Positions 10,743-21,357 of a DNA stretch of 64,000 nt are shown one piece after another. The notes under the pieces were generated by a model that saw nothing but the letters and a program-made list of their open reading frames with translations, searched no databases and had not been told where the DNA came from. The translations under genes were made by a program, and so were the position numbers. Numbering within the stretch: position 1 is the first letter of the stretch; each line of letters starts with the position of its first letter. The stretch lies in the NCBI GenBank assembly GCA_963705255.1, contig OY970061.1:1312001-1376000 (forward strand), read 5' to 3'. The DNA comes from an uncultured Methanoregulaceae archaeon (GTDB lineage: Archaea; Halobacteriota; Methanomicrobia; Methanomicrobiales; Methanospirillaceae).

Positions 10743-11831
10743 TCACTCCTTGTAGAGCATCTGCACGAGGGTCTCGGCCGACTCCCGCGTGAGCCCCATA
10801 TCGAGTATAGTAAAGCGCTCAGGACGGATATCCTTTGCCATGAGGAGGACCTCGACCGCGGTCGCATCATCGATGCCGACCTCCGCGGGCGTCACCGGCG
10901 CCCCGATGCTCCTGAGCGAGGAGCGGATGCTGCGCCAGTCGCCCCCGTGGAGGTACATGGTGATGATCGTCCCGATCCCGCAACTTTCGCCGTGCAGCGC
11001 CTTCCCGGGCGCGAGCCGGTCCAGGGCATGGGAGAACTTGTGCTCCCCCCCGCTCGCCGGGCGGGACGAGCCCGCGATGCTCATCGCGACACCGCTGGAG
11101 ACAAGCGCCTTGATCACAAACCATGCCGACTGCTCCTGGTGCGGTTTTATCAGGTTGGCGTTCTTCACCAGGATCTCGGCGGTCATCTTCGAGAGGGCCA
11201 TGGCGTATTCGCTCATCGGCTCGCCTTTCACCCGGTGTGCAAGTTCCCAGTCGAGGATAGCGGTATAGTTGGAGATGACGTCCGCACAGCCGGCCGCGAG
11301 GAGGCGGTGCGGAGCGGAGGCGATGATCCCGGTATCGGCAACGATGGCAATGGGAGGCTGTGCCTCGAGCGACGAGTGGCCTTCCTCAATGGGGACCGAG
11401 GCCCGGGCTGACGCGATGCCGTCATGGGACGCCGCCGTCGGGACCGAGATGAACTGGAGGTCGAGGTTGTACCAGACGATCTTGGCCGTGTCGATCACCC
11501 TTCCGCCCCCGACGCCGATCAGGAAGTCCATGCCGGATGCCGCCTTCTCCGCGTCCTTGATGACCCTGACGCTGATCTCCCCGGCAAGGTAGGGGGTAAC
11601 CTCGTACTTTTCTGCAAGGACGGCCCTGACCCGTTCGCCGGCCAGCCCCATCGTGCCCCTGCCGGAGACGAGCAGCGCAGAGCGGCCGAGTTTCAGGTCG
11701 TTGCAGATCGCGGGAAGCTGCCCGAAGACATCGTGCCCGATCACCACGTCGCGGGGCAGCTGCATCCACTTGGACTTGTCAAAGACCCTGGGTTTGAGTA
11801 ATTTTATTGCATCTGCGCTCATTGTACTCAT
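10743..11831 (-). CDS. egsA: sn-glycerol-1-phosphate dehydrogenase
   Basis: GVGGGRVID, VPTAASHDGIAS, SSRPASGGEHKFSHALD, LHGE. Confidence 0.95.
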   Translation of the reverse strand: MSTMSADAIKLLKPRVFDKSKWMQLPRDVVIGHDVFGQLPAICNDLKLGRSALLVSGRGTMGLAGERVRAVLAEKYEVTPYLAGEISVRVIKDAEKAASGMDFLIGVGGGRVIDTAKIVWYNLDLQFISVPTAASHDGIASARASVPIEEGHSSLEAQPPIAIVADTGIIASAPHRLLAAGCADVISNYTAILDWELAHRVKGEPMSEYAMALSKMTAEILVKNANLIKPHQEQSAWFVIKALVSSGVAMSIAGSSRPASGGEHKFSHALDRLAPGKALHGESCGIGTIITMYLHGGDWRSIRSSLRSIGAPVTPAEVGIDDATAVEVLLMAKDIRPERFTILDMGLTRESAETLVQMLYKE

Positions 11832-11833
11832 GG

Positions 11834-12682
11834 ATGATTAGTGATTTCCTCTACAAATATTACATTGATCCCATACGCTACGAGCAGCCCTATAATACCG
11901 TGGAGACCATCACCTACGCGCTCATCCTCATCGTAGCGGTGTACCTTCTCTACCGCTGGTTCAGGAAGTCCGGGTTCCCCCTTGACGGCCCGTTCGTGCT
12001 GGCCACGATTCCCTATATAATCTTCGGCGGCGTGCTCAGGGTGGTCCAGGACACCCACATGATCCAGGGGGATATCCAGTTCGCGATCGTCACCCCGTTC
12101 ATCTATTTCGTGATATTTTTTTACACCTTCGGGATGCTCCTCATCTCGCGGTCCCTCGAGCGGCAGGGCCTGTGCGACAGTTACCTCAAAGTCTATGCCG
12201 GTATCGGTATCTTCTCAGTCTTCTGTGCGGCGCTCGTGCTCGTCGCATGGGCAACGACCCATACCCGGATCGACCTCGTCGTGCTTGCGATCATCCTGCT
12301 GATGGCAACGGTATCGACGCTTCTCGTCTTTGCCAGCATGCGGTACCTGCTGCGCTGGGAGTACGTGACCGACCCGCTCTACATCACGCTCCTCTTCGGC
12401 CAGCTGCTGGACGCCAGCGCAACCAGCTACGGCATCGACTTCCACCCCTCGGTGCACTATATCGAACAGCATGTGGTGGGGTCGGCCCTGATCGACTGGG
12501 CCCACACCGCGTTCATCATGTTCCCCCTGAAACTGGCGGTCCTGTTCCCAGCGATCTACATCATGCAGATGTACCGGAAAGAGGCGAACCCCGCGTTCTG
12601 GCACCTCGTCCTCCTCGCGATGATCGTGGTCGGGTTCGCGCCTGGCATCCGGGACATGGTACGGATGGTCATTTATGTCTAA
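11834..12682 (+). CDS. DUF63 family membrane protein
   Basis: YNTVETITY, GQLLDASAT, EQHVV, GFAPGIRD. Confidence 0.85.
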   Translation: MISDFLYKYYIDPIRYEQPYNTVETITYALILIVAVYLLYRWFRKSGFPLDGPFVLATIPYIIFGGVLRVVQDTHMIQGDIQFAIVTPFIYFVIFFYTFGMLLISRSLERQGLCDSYLKVYAGIGIFSVFCAALVLVAWATTHTRIDLVVLAIILLMATVSTLLVFASMRYLLRWEYVTDPLYITLLFGQLLDASATSYGIDFHPSVHYIEQHVVGSALIDWAHTAFIMFPLKLAVLFPAIYIMQMYRKEANPAFWHLVLLAMIVVGFAPGIRDMVRMVIYV

Positions 12683-13241
12683 TTCCGCACTGACGAATGC
12701 CATCATCATCACGTTCCTCCTCTTCTTTACCACGCTTACGGTCGGCTGGCTGGGGTCGGCACAGAACCCCGCGATCGGCCAGAACCTCATGACGCTGTTC
12801 GAGAAAGAGGTTGCCGGGCAGATGTCGACCAAGGACAGCGTTGACATGTTCCTCAAGCTCTTCGCAAACAACCTCGAGGCCTGCATCCTCCTCTTCCTTG
12901 GCGGAGCTTCCTTTGGCATCCTCACGATCTTCATCATGAGCCTGAACGGGATAGTGATCGGTGCCATCATGGAGATCGTGCACCTTGACCATTCGCCGCT
13001 CTTCGTGGCCGCCGCGATCCTCCCGCACGGCATCTTCGAGATCCCGGCCTTCATCATCGCCGGGGCCCTCGGGATCCTGCTGGCCCAGTCCCTGACCGCG
13101 GAATGGTACGGGGGCGGGGACGCTGCAGCCGATGCGGGAAAATACGCCCGGACCTTTCTCCTGTACGTCCTGCCGCTCGTTGCCGTTGCCGCGTGCGTCG
13201 AGGCATTTATTACGCCGGTGGTCATACATCTAGTAGCTTAG
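12675..13241 (+). CDS. stage II sporulation protein M (DUF95) family membrane protein
   Basis: FANN, NG..IG, ILPHGIFEIPA, EAFITP. Confidence 0.88.
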   Translation: MSNSALTNAIIITFLLFFTTLTVGWLGSAQNPAIGQNLMTLFEKEVAGQMSTKDSVDMFLKLFANNLEACILLFLGGASFGILTIFIMSLNGIVIGAIMEIVHLDHSPLFVAAAILPHGIFEIPAFIIAGALGILLAQSLTAEWYGGGDAAADAGKYARTFLLYVLPLVAVAACVEAFITPVVIHLVA

Positions 13242-13253
13242 AGGATTTTGTTC

Positions 13254-14690
13254 ATGGACGACGATGCGGGCGCCCTGCCGCCGAAACAGGACTTTTCCGG
13301 ATGGTTCAACGATCTCCTGTGGCGTGCCGGGATCATGGACGTCCGTTACCCGGTCAAGGGGCTCTATGTCTGGTACCCGTACGGGTTTGCGATCCGCAAG
13401 TTCGTGTACCAGCGGCTCCGCGACCTGCTGGACCGGGACCAGCAGGAGACCCTTTTCCCGCTGCTCATCCCTGAGCAGGAGTTCATGAAGGAGGCGGAGC
13501 ACATAAAGGGCTTCGAGGACGAGGTCTACTGGGTGACCCACGGGGGGACGACACCACTCGACGTGAAGCTCGCCCTCCGGCCTACGAGCGAGACCGCGAT
13601 CTACCCGATGTACGCGCTCTGGCTCCGCTCGCATACCGACCTCCCGATGAAATATTACCAAATCGTGAATACATTCCGGTACGAGACCAAGCAGACCCGC
13701 CCCCTGATCCGCCTCCGTGAAATCACCTCGTTCATGGAGTCGCACACCGTCCACGCCACGTGGGACGAGGCGGAGGCGCAGGTGGAGTACGAAATCGCCC
13801 TCACCCGCGAGTTCTACGACGGGCTCTGCATCCCGATCACGGTCTCGAAGCGCCCGGACTGGGACAAGTTCCCCGGTGCCGATTACACGATCGCGGTCGA
13901 CGCGATCATGCCCAACGGGAAAACACTCCAGATCGGCACCGTCCACCACCTCGGCACGCACTTCTCGAAGACCTTCTCGATCCAGTACGAGGACCGGAAC
14001 GGGGAGCAGCAGTTGGCAAACCAGACCTGCTACGGGATCTCCGAGAGGTGCATCGCAGCTCTCATCAGCCTGCACGGCGACGACAAGGGGCTCATCCTCC
14101 CACCTGCTGTTGCACCGGTCCAGGCAGTCATCGTCCCGATCACAATCGGGAAACGGCATGAAGATGTGCTCGCCGCCGCGCAGAAACTGGAGTCAGACCT
14201 CAGAAAGGAAGGGGTCCGGGTGAAGACGGACACCCGCGACATGCGGCCCGGCGCGAAGTACTACTGGTGGGAGCTCAGGGGCGTCCCGCTCCGGCTCGAA
14301 CTCGGGCCAAGGGACCTGGATGCCGGAAAAGTGATGGCCGTGAAGCGGACCGGTGAAAAGAGCCAGATCGAGCTTGCGACCGTCACTGACGGCGTGACCC
14401 GCGTCCTCGGCGAGATTACCGCTGCCATCCGTACCCGTGCGGAGGAGCACACGCAGTCGCACCTCTGCACCGTGGACTCCATGGAGGCGCTCGTTGCTGC
14501 CCTCAACGAAGGGAAGGTCGCGGTCGTCCACTGGTGCGGGCAGCGGGACTGCGGGGACGCGATCGAAGAGAAGGCCAGTTCGAGCATCCTCGGGACAGAC
14601 GTGCGGTCGGCATACGTAACCTGTACGGAAGGGTGCTGCATCGTCTGCGGGAAGCCGGGGAAGGCGACCCTTGTCGGACGGACGTACTGA
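13254..14690 (+). CDS. proS: proline--tRNA ligase, archaeal/eukaryotic type
   Basis: [32 protein letters not shown]-terminal Zn site ending in GRTY. Confidence 0.97.
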   Translation: MDDDAGALPPKQDFSGWFNDLLWRAGIMDVRYPVKGLYVWYPYGFAIRKFVYQRLRDLLDRDQQETLFPLLIPEQEFMKEAEHIKGFEDEVYWVTHGGTTPLDVKLALRPTSETAIYPMYALWLRSHTDLPMKYYQIVNTFRYETKQTRPLIRLREITSFMESHTVHATWDEAEAQVEYEIALTREFYDGLCIPITVSKRPDWDKFPGADYTIAVDAIMPNGKTLQIGTVHHLGTHFSKTFSIQYEDRNGEQQLANQTCYGISERCIAALISLHGDDKGLILPPAVAPVQAVIVPITIGKRHEDVLAAAQKLESDLRKEGVRVKTDTRDMRPGAKYYWWELRGVPLRLELGPRDLDAGKVMAVKRTGEKSQIELATVTDGVTRVLGEITAAIRTRAEEHTQSHLCTVDSMEALVAALNEGKVAVVHWCGQRDCGDAIEEKASSSILGTDVRSAYVTCTEGCCIVCGKPGKATLVGRTY

Positions 14691-14899
14691 ATTTCTTACC
14701 TCCCACCTCCCCTAGCATGGGAGGGTTACTCACCCTCCCTACCCCAGGCAACCGTGTAAATGGGCAGGGGCGGCAGACAGAGAGGTATAACAGGTGACCC
14801 CATTCTCTATCGGGAGCGATGCATGCCATCAACTGCGTCCGATTGACGCGGTCCCCTGCCCACTCCCATACCTATTTATCCCGTCTCACGCTACCGCTC

Positions 14900-15613
14900 A
14901 TGATGATCGGGATCTCGACCTACTGCCTCCTAGGGGAACCGCTTCCCGTTGCGCTGGACAGGCTCTCCGCCATGACCACCCTCATCGAGGTGATGGACGA
15001 GGGCCCGCATTTCGTGGACGACCCCGGTCTGTTCGCGAGTTATTCCGGGGACTTCGTCCTCCACGCCCCCTACCACGGGATCAATGTCGCGTCCCTCTTC
15101 GAGTCCATCCGTAGGGCGAGCGTTGAGGTCATGACCGACTGCTTCTCAGTTGCAGCAGAGATTGGCGCCCCCGTTGTCCTCCACCCGGGATATTTTGCCT
15201 GGGAACAAGAGCGTGGGCAGGCCGACCGGCAGTTCAGGAAGTCCCTCGATGAGCTCAAGGAGGCAGCAGAGGAAAGCTCGGTCACGTTCTGGTTCGAGAA
15301 CATGGGAGACATGCACTTCTTCAACCTCCGGACGCCGGAGGACCTCGGGTTGATCGACGGGAGCGGGTTCACCCTCGATACCGGCCATGCGAACCTCAAC
15401 CACTGCCTCGCGGGGTTCCTCGATACGGGGTTTGAGCACATGCACCTCCACGACAACGACGGGAGGCGGGACTCCCACAGCCCCGTGGGGGAAGGCACGA
15501 TCGATTTCCGTGCGGTAATGGCTGCACAGCAGCGGGAACGTGCGACCGCGGTCATCGAGGTCAGGACGCTGGACGGGGTCATGAAGAGCCTCCGGGCACT
15601 GGAAAGCCTGTAA
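14900..15613 (+). CDS. sugar phosphate isomerase/epimerase (AP endonuclease 2 TIM barrel)
   Basis: HAPY, VLHPG, FENM, LDTGHA, HLHDNDG..DSH. Confidence 0.88.
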   Translation: MMIGISTYCLLGEPLPVALDRLSAMTTLIEVMDEGPHFVDDPGLFASYSGDFVLHAPYHGINVASLFESIRRASVEVMTDCFSVAAEIGAPVVLHPGYFAWEQERGQADRQFRKSLDELKEAAEESSVTFWFENMGDMHFFNLRTPEDLGLIDGSGFTLDTGHANLNHCLAGFLDTGFEHMHLHDNDGRRDSHSPVGEGTIDFRAVMAAQQRERATAVIEVRTLDGVMKSLRALESL

Positions 15614-15732
15614 GCGGGGCTGACCCGACCCACCCGTTTCGTGCCCCGGGCGGAACGGGCACGGGAAGCGAAGATCTTCCGACCACAAACCTGTTGACCC
15701 CCGCACCCGGATAGCTTGTTCGGGGAACGATC

Positions 15733-16137
15733 ATGGGGATTGGGAGAGGCAGTGCGGGGCCCGCCCACGTGATCATCGCATCCTTTATGGCGATAGGTCT
15801 CGTGGCGGTGCCTGCTGCCCTTGCAGCGGGACACGGTAACCCTACGGGGATGCAAAAGTTGGCGGGCGGCCCGGACCTTAATATAAGCGCCGGTATCCTG
15901 AATGAGTCGGCGGTACCGGTGCAGTTTCGCCCTACCCCGGCGCCGGTCAGGATCTTCGAACTCGAGGTGGGCGGCCCGACCATGCCCGGCCCGAGGTACA
16001 TGGCCTTTGGCCCGGTGCCCATCGGTATATCCGTTGACCCGAGGATTCTTGCCGTGCTCTTCGCGGCCGTGGTCGTGGCACTGGACGCATGGTCTGTCAG
16101 CCGCCGGAAACGGGACGACAGGAAAGAAGAGCCGTAA
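15733..16137 (+). CDS. hypothetical membrane-anchored protein
   Basis: N-terminal signal-like segment, C-terminal TM helix followed by basic residues. Confidence 0.55.
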   Translation: MGIGRGSAGPAHVIIASFMAIGLVAVPAALAAGHGNPTGMQKLAGGPDLNISAGILNESAVPVQFRPTPAPVRIFELEVGGPTMPGPRYMAFGPVPIGISVDPRILAVLFAAVVVALDAWSVSRRKRDDRKEEP

Positions 16138-16276
16138 TTTTCCCGCAACCCCTGCATTACCGTCGGAACATGCCCGGCCCGCTATCATGGGACATCCCGT
16201 ATTTTTCCGGGCGGTAAGCCCGGTCTTTTTAACCCCTGCAGGGAATATGGTAGTAACGAAGCATGGGGCGGCAGCG

Positions 16277-17590
16277 ATGAGCGGGGATTCCGAAGACTTC
16301 GACAAGCCATACCTGCCGGAGCGCTACCGGCAGAAAGTGATGATAAACCGGCGGCGGCGCCTCGTCAGGCGGGCTATCCTTGGCGGTATCTTCATCGCTA
16401 TCGTTGCGGCGGCAGTTCTTTTCTCCGGCGTCCCGTCCCCCGGCTGGGTGCATGTACCGGCACTCTCATCGCAACAGCCCGTGACCGTGCCGGCTCCTCC
16501 CGCGGCCACCATCTCCCCTGTCCTGAATGCCACGGCGACCCCCACACCGGGTTTTGTCGTCGGGCCCGGTGTCCCATCGCAGCCCTCTGCCGGGAATATC
16601 TCCCTCGCAGACGCGGTTGCGGCACTCCGCCGCTCCTACCCGGCGGAGGAGTTCGCCATCCTCAGCGTCAACCTCTCCACTATGTCAGGCCATACCCTGT
16701 TCGGGTTCGTCATCCGCCCGGTCAGCGGGGGAGCCGGGGACGAGTCCACAGCGTTCATCGATGCCGCGAGCGGTGAGTCCTGGACCCCCGGGCAGGACAC
16801 CTCACCGGTATCGGCAGGACAGGCAAAATTCATCGCGGGATCGGTGTTCCCCTCCCTGAACCCGGACAGGGTTGACGTGCGGTACGGCGATGATCCCGAG
16901 CGGGGGAAGGTCTGGGCGTTCACTCTCTATTCCGGAAATACACAACTCCTGAACGGGAGCATCGATGCCACGTCCGGGGGAATCGCCACATTTTCCCTCA
17001 CGGTCCCTGCCGCCGGCAGGCCGGCAACCCCTGTATTCAGTCAGCAGCAGGCGCAGGATATCGCCGCCCGCTACATCTCCGACCACACGATCGGTGCCCA
17101 CCCTGTCAACATGACGGTATCCCGTTACGAGCCATGGGGGACTGCGGCCGGCCCGGTCGCAGGGGAGTACCGCTTCACCTACAGGCGGATATATTCGGGG
17201 TACCCCACCGACGAGGACAGGTTCATGGTGGCCGTCGATGCCGTCAGCGGGGAGGTGATCGGGTACGACCAGCTCTGGACAACGCAGGACTATTCGTTCG
17301 CCGTGACCATGGGGCCGTCCCTGACGTGGTATGATGCCGGGGTCGCCGTCATCCGGGCAGCAGGGAACGTATCTCCCGCGTCCGCGGAGAGTATCCATAT
17401 CCTCTCGGAGGAGATCCTCTGGCAGAACCGGCACCCGCCCGGCATCATCCAGCAGCCGGGCAGCATCCCCCTCCGCTGGAAGGTGATCTTCGACGACGAC
17501 ATCATCCGGGCGAACGCATCCCTCCCACCCGCGACCGGCTGGGTCGATATCCGGACCGGCAATGTCACGGAGCTGGACTACCAGCACTAA
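16277..17590 (+). CDS. membrane-anchored PepSY/YcdB-like repeat protein
   Basis: N-terminal TM; repeated IDA.SG(E) motifs typical of PepSY-like domains. Confidence 0.7.
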   Translation: MSGDSEDFDKPYLPERYRQKVMINRRRRLVRRAILGGIFIAIVAAAVLFSGVPSPGWVHVPALSSQQPVTVPAPPAATISPVLNATATPTPGFVVGPGVPSQPSAGNISLADAVAALRRSYPAEEFAILSVNLSTMSGHTLFGFVIRPVSGGAGDESTAFIDAASGESWTPGQDTSPVSAGQAKFIAGSVFPSLNPDRVDVRYGDDPERGKVWAFTLYSGNTQLLNGSIDATSGGIATFSLTVPAAGRPATPVFSQQQAQDIAARYISDHTIGAHPVNMTVSRYEPWGTAAGPVAGEYRFTYRRIYSGYPTDEDRFMVAVDAVSGEVIGYDQLWTTQDYSFAVTMGPSLTWYDAGVAVIRAAGNVSPASAESIHILSEEILWQNRHPPGIIQQPGSIPLRWKVIFDDDIIRANASLPPATGWVDIRTGNVTELDYQH

Positions 17591-17616
17591 AAAAATATAA
17601 ACGTCCGTTTCGGTCT

Positions 17617-18072
17617 TCAGCACCGGTCGCAGACGTACTCGACCGCGAGGGCGGTCTTCCGCATGTCGCCCCGGATCTGCTTTTTCCCGCCGCGGAAGAA
17701 CCAGCGGTTACATTTCGAGCAGCGCTTTGGCATGACACGGGCCAGCGCCTTCATCGGGATCTCGAGCACGAAGCCGGTCTTCTCCCACTCCTCGGGAGGC
17801 TTCTCCACATTCTGCTCATAGGTGGAGACGAACTCCATGATCTGGTGAGGGGGAACCCCGAGGTCAACGAATTTCTTGAAGACAAAGTAGTTGAAGATGA
17901 GCCACGAGAGGTCCGAGCGATCGAGGATCCCTTCGTACTCCCCGAACGACTCGTCGAACTCCTCGAGCGAGCAGCCGCACAGGGGACATTTCCCACCTAC
18001 GAGCTCGTCAAGAAATACCTCTTCCTGGCACCCCGGACAGGTCGTGTGAGGGGATTGCATACGTGATGTCAT
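17617..18072 (-). CDS. zinc-ribbon hypothetical protein
   Basis: CPGC, CPLC, CSKC, CDRC pairs. Confidence 0.75.
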   Translation of the reverse strand: MTSRMQSPHTTCPGCQEEVFLDELVGGKCPLCGCSLEEFDESFGEYEGILDRSDLSWLIFNYFVFKKFVDLGVPPHQIMEFVSTYEQNVEKPPEEWEKTGFVLEIPMKALARVMPKRCSKCNRWFFRGGKKQIRGDMRKTALAVEYVCDRC

Positions 18073-18230
18073 GGTAGCTCCGGTCGTGGTTGACGTAGGG
18101 TATTCATCCGGGCCGGGTGAATGATCCGTCCCGGCAATGGTATCGTTCCTAGTATTGATCGGGTCTGCACATATAGGTATCACCAATGCACATTTTCCCC
18201 GATAAGTGCTTTCTGGTTGGAGGGAAAAAG

Positions 18231-18554
18231 TCAGTCCGCGGATGGCTCCGCAGGCTCCATGATCAGCGACCCGAAGATCACTTTCTCGAGGACCTGCGCG
18301 ACGAACTTGATGTACATCGCTTTCTCGAGGTCCTCGTTCCGGTGGATATCGGCATACAGCTGGAGCCTCATCAGGGAAAAACGGAACCGGTCGAGCGTAT
18401 CGTCATCAAGTCCCATCGCTTCCCGGTAGATCGGTTCGAGGAGGTCGGGGAACGCCTGCGGGTTCTCGAGGCACGCCACCACGCCCTTGTAGATCGGGAG
18501 CGGCTTCTCCTTGCCGGTCAGGACCCGCTGGAAGTCCATCTTACCCCTCGACAA
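18231..18554 (-). CDS. conserved hypothetical protein
   Basis: Overlaps the Mrp stop; protein-like composition. Confidence 0.7.
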   Translation of the reverse strand: MSRGKMDFQRVLTGKEKPLPIYKGVVACLENPQAFPDLLEPIYREAMGLDDDTLDRFRFSLMRLQLYADIHRNEDLEKAMYIKFVAQVLEKVIFGSLIMEPAEPSAD

Positions 18555-19434
18555 CCCGGATCAGCTCTTCCATGACCTTGTCCACGCTCTTCCACGTGGG
18601 GCTGTCGCCGCGGCGGATGATGAACGGGCGGCCCTCGTCCCCGGCCTTGCGCATCTCGATATCGATCGGGATGGCCCCGAGGAACGGGATGCCGAGCTCT
18701 TCAGCGATCTTCTTCCCGCCGCCCTTGCCGAAGAGGTCGATCTCTCCACCACAGTGGGGGCAGAGCATGCCGCTCATGTTCTCGATGATCCCGATGACGG
18801 GGAGGCCGAGTTTCTCCACGAACTTTGCCGATTTGCGGGCGTCCAGCGTTGCTACGTCCTGCGGGGTGGTCACGATGACCGCTCCCCGGACATTGGGGGC
18901 GAGCTGGGCGATAGTGAGGGCTTCGTCGCCGGTCCCCGGGGGGAGGTCGACCACGAGGTAGTCGAGGGAGCCCCAGTTGACCTCGGAGAGGAACTGCTGA
19001 ATCGCGGCCATCTTCATGGGCCCGCGCCAGATGATCGGGGTGCTGGTGTCAGGCAGCAGGAACGCCATCGAGATGACCGAGAGCATGCCGGTAACGTGGA
19101 CGGGCTCGATCCGGTCGCCCATCACCTGGAGCTTATGGTCCTCGATCCCGAGCATCTTGGGGATGTTGGGGCCGTGCATGTCGAGGTCGAGGAGCCCGAC
19201 CTTCTTGCCATGGTTCGAGAGGGCGTAGGCGAGGTTGACCGATACGGTGGACTTGCCGACCCCTCCTTTCCCGCTCAGGACCATGATGACGTGTTTCACG
19301 TCGATCTCTGCCTTGGGCGGAAGGCCGGCCCCCCCGCTCTTTGCCGACGGGCATGTGCCGGCAGTCGGACAGCTGGAGCACTCTTTTTCGCACGTTTCAT
19401 CCGGCTGCTGGTTCTGGGTATTGTTCTTTGCCAT
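18541..19434 (-). CDS. Mrp/NBP35 (ApbC) Fe-S cluster carrier ATPase
   Basis: N-terminal Cys cluster, SGKGGVGKST, DLPPGTGD, ENMSG..CPHC. Confidence 0.95.
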   Translation of the reverse strand: MAKNNTQNQQPDETCEKECSSCPTAGTCPSAKSGGAGLPPKAEIDVKHVIMVLSGKGGVGKSTVSVNLAYALSNHGKKVGLLDLDMHGPNIPKMLGIEDHKLQVMGDRIEPVHVTGMLSVISMAFLLPDTSTPIIWRGPMKMAAIQQFLSEVNWGSLDYLVVDLPPGTGDEALTIAQLAPNVRGAVIVTTPQDVATLDARKSAKFVEKLGLPVIGIIENMSGMLCPHCGGEIDLFGKGGGKKIAEELGIPFLGAIPIDIEMRKAGDEGRPFIIRRGDSPTWKSVDKVMEELIRVVEG

Positions 19435-19530
19435 CTGGATGCCTCACAAAAAAACCAATCTGTACTCTCACCAGTTGTCCCTGCAAGACAATAAAGGTGG
19501 GAGATCGGGGCAGGCCGTAATTCTGCCGCA

Positions 19531-19974
19531 TCAGTCCTTGACGCAGTCCACTGCCGCGATGAAAGGCTTGAGGTCCAGCAGCGGGGTACCGTCAAGCGCA
19601 TCGAGCCCCCGGACGACGAGGCGGTTGCCGTCCCTGCGGACAACATCCACAACCGAAAACGCGATCGGGTTGGGCCGGTCGGGAGAACGGGTGGCAAATA
19701 CGCCGTGTTCCGTGCAGGTGCCCGGGGGTGTTGCCTTCAGGGTTCCCCGGTCGGCACGGTCGAGCCAATAGAGAACGATCAGGTGCGGGTGAATCTCCAC
19801 GTCCTGCAGTCCCTCCGCGTACTCCGGCAGTATCTCGATTGCTGATTCCTGGTCCGACAACCGCCCCTGACGGGGTGCGTCCCCGCGCCGGAAGTACGGC
19901 GAATGGATTACACCGATGGATTTCAGCTCCGCATTACCCGGTGGTTCCCGTAGTGAGCCCATGTACTGACGCAT
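19531..19974 (-). CDS. tsaA: tRNA (t6A37)-N6-methyltransferase TrmO/TsaA family
   Basis: IGVIHSPY, APRQG, GVFATRSPDRPNPI, GLDALDGTPLLDLKPF; start approximate. Confidence 0.9.
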   Translation of the reverse strand: MRQYMGSLREPPGNAELKSIGVIHSPYFRRGDAPRQGRLSDQESAIEILPEYAEGLQDVEIHPHLIVLYWLDRADRGTLKATPPGTCTEHGVFATRSPDRPNPIAFSVVDVVRRDGNRLVVRGLDALDGTPLLDLKPFIAAVDCVKD

Positions 19975-20049
19975 GCTGTTCCGGGGATTAAAATGGTAAC
20001 GAAATGACCGGCCGGGAACTTTCATGGTCTCCCGCCACAAGTCTCTAGT

Positions 20050-20502
20050 ATGGATCGCCTTGTCGCCATACTGGACTTCCTGGAATTTCCCCCTACGCAC
20101 ACCTGCGATGGTGAGAACCTCTCGCCGAGGATCATGCTGAGGGAACTGCATGCTGCCTCGGTCGCGGTCATGGTCTTCAACCCGTTCGAGAAGTCCTGCT
20201 GTTCGTTCACGCCCTGGACCTGCTGGAACCTCCCTGGCCGGCCGGTAATCCTGGCCGGCATCCCCCGTGAAGGGGTCGTGACTGTACCGGTCCCTGCCGT
20301 GCAGGGCACCACCGATTACGGCACTGTCGGCTACACCGGCCCCTGCCCGCCACCGGGGCAGATGATCCGGTACCAGTTCAAGGTCTACGGGCTGGATGCC
20401 ATGCTCGACCTCGCCCCCGGCTCGGGCAAGCACGAACTCGTCGCCGCGATGAGAGGGCATGTCCTTCAGTTCGGAGAGACTGCGGCCGTCTGTTCGCGAT
20501 AG
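20050..20502 (+). CDS. YbhB/YbcL (PEBP/RKIP-like) protein, divergent copy
   Basis: HTCDGENLSP, GYTGPCPPPG..RYQFKVYGLD. Confidence 0.85.
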   Translation: MDRLVAILDFLEFPPTHTCDGENLSPRIMLRELHAASVAVMVFNPFEKSCCSFTPWTCWNLPGRPVILAGIPREGVVTVPVPAVQGTTDYGTVGYTGPCPPPGQMIRYQFKVYGLDAMLDLAPGSGKHELVAAMRGHVLQFGETAAVCSR

Positions 20503-20575
20503 CAATCGGCCCCCTGCCCCGAACGTCATGTTTAAGAGCATATCCGTGCTTATTGCCAGTAACGGAGGTTTGGGA

Positions 20576-21037
20576 ATGGAAGAACTGAAAATAACGATTT
20601 CGGTCAAAATTCTCCCCAGCGACTACACGTGCGACGGCGAGGACCGGTCGCCGGAGATCGGGGTCGGCGGAGTGAACACGGCACTTTCGAAATGCCTTGC
20701 CATTATCCTCACCGACCCGGACGCTCCCGGCGGGGGTGGGTTTGTCCATTGGATCGCGTGGAACATGGAACTGGCAAGACTCATCCCGGAGAAGATCCCC
20801 AAGACCCCGGAAGTGACGTTCCCCATGAAGGCGGTTCAGGGAAAGAACAGCTTCGGCAGGATAGGGTACAACGGCCCCTGCCCACCGAAAGGGCAGACCC
20901 ACCGCTACTTTTTCAAGGTGTACGGGCTGGACGCTGAACTGCCGCTGAAGGGCGGGGCGACCAAAGACCAGCTGGCAGGGGCCATGCAGGGACATGTCGT
21001 CCAGTACGGGGAGACCTATGTCACCTACGGGAGGTAA
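20576..21037 (+). CDS. YbhB/YbcL (PEBP/RKIP-like) protein
   Basis: YTCDGED.SP, DPDAP...FVHW, GYNGPCPP...HRYFFKVYGLD. Confidence 0.92.
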   Translation: MEELKITISVKILPSDYTCDGEDRSPEIGVGGVNTALSKCLAIILTDPDAPGGGGFVHWIAWNMELARLIPEKIPKTPEVTFPMKAVQGKNSFGRIGYNGPCPPKGQTHRYFFKVYGLDAELPLKGGATKDQLAGAMQGHVVQYGETYVTYGR

Positions 21038-21273
21038 ATTGCAAACCAGAAAACCTTTTAAAAATTTTCCGGATTTACGAGGTCTCCCCGCCTCAGGGCC
21101 TCTCCGAGGCACGGCGGGGCACGGTGGTTCACACAAAAACCTCATTTTTTGGTGAATTTTCCGGTAATTGATCCGCCGCGGGGGCGAGTCGAAAATTCTT
21201 TATAGAATTTTCTTCAGCCAGCCCTGACCATCTGGTCATGGCTGGCTCCCCGTTGGGGCAGCCGAAGGCAGTG

Positions 21274-21357
21274 GAGAAGTCCTCAAACTTCGAGTTCCGA
21301 AGAGGTTCATCGGAACCTAGAGGATGAAAAGAACTCGTCAGAGTTCTTCGAGTGCGG
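21274..21357 (+). repeat. copy (~1.5 units) of the GA-flanked double-hairpin module
   Basis: TTCCGAAGAGG[hairpin]AGAGGATGAAAAG[hairpin]CTTCGA matches the units at 48345-48673. Confidence 0.75.

Noticed and set aside
9999-11411. Long antisense ORFs (this one and others such as 28632..29945 and 18511..19494)
   Set aside because: They are shadows of well-supported genes on the opposite strand in GC-rich DNA.
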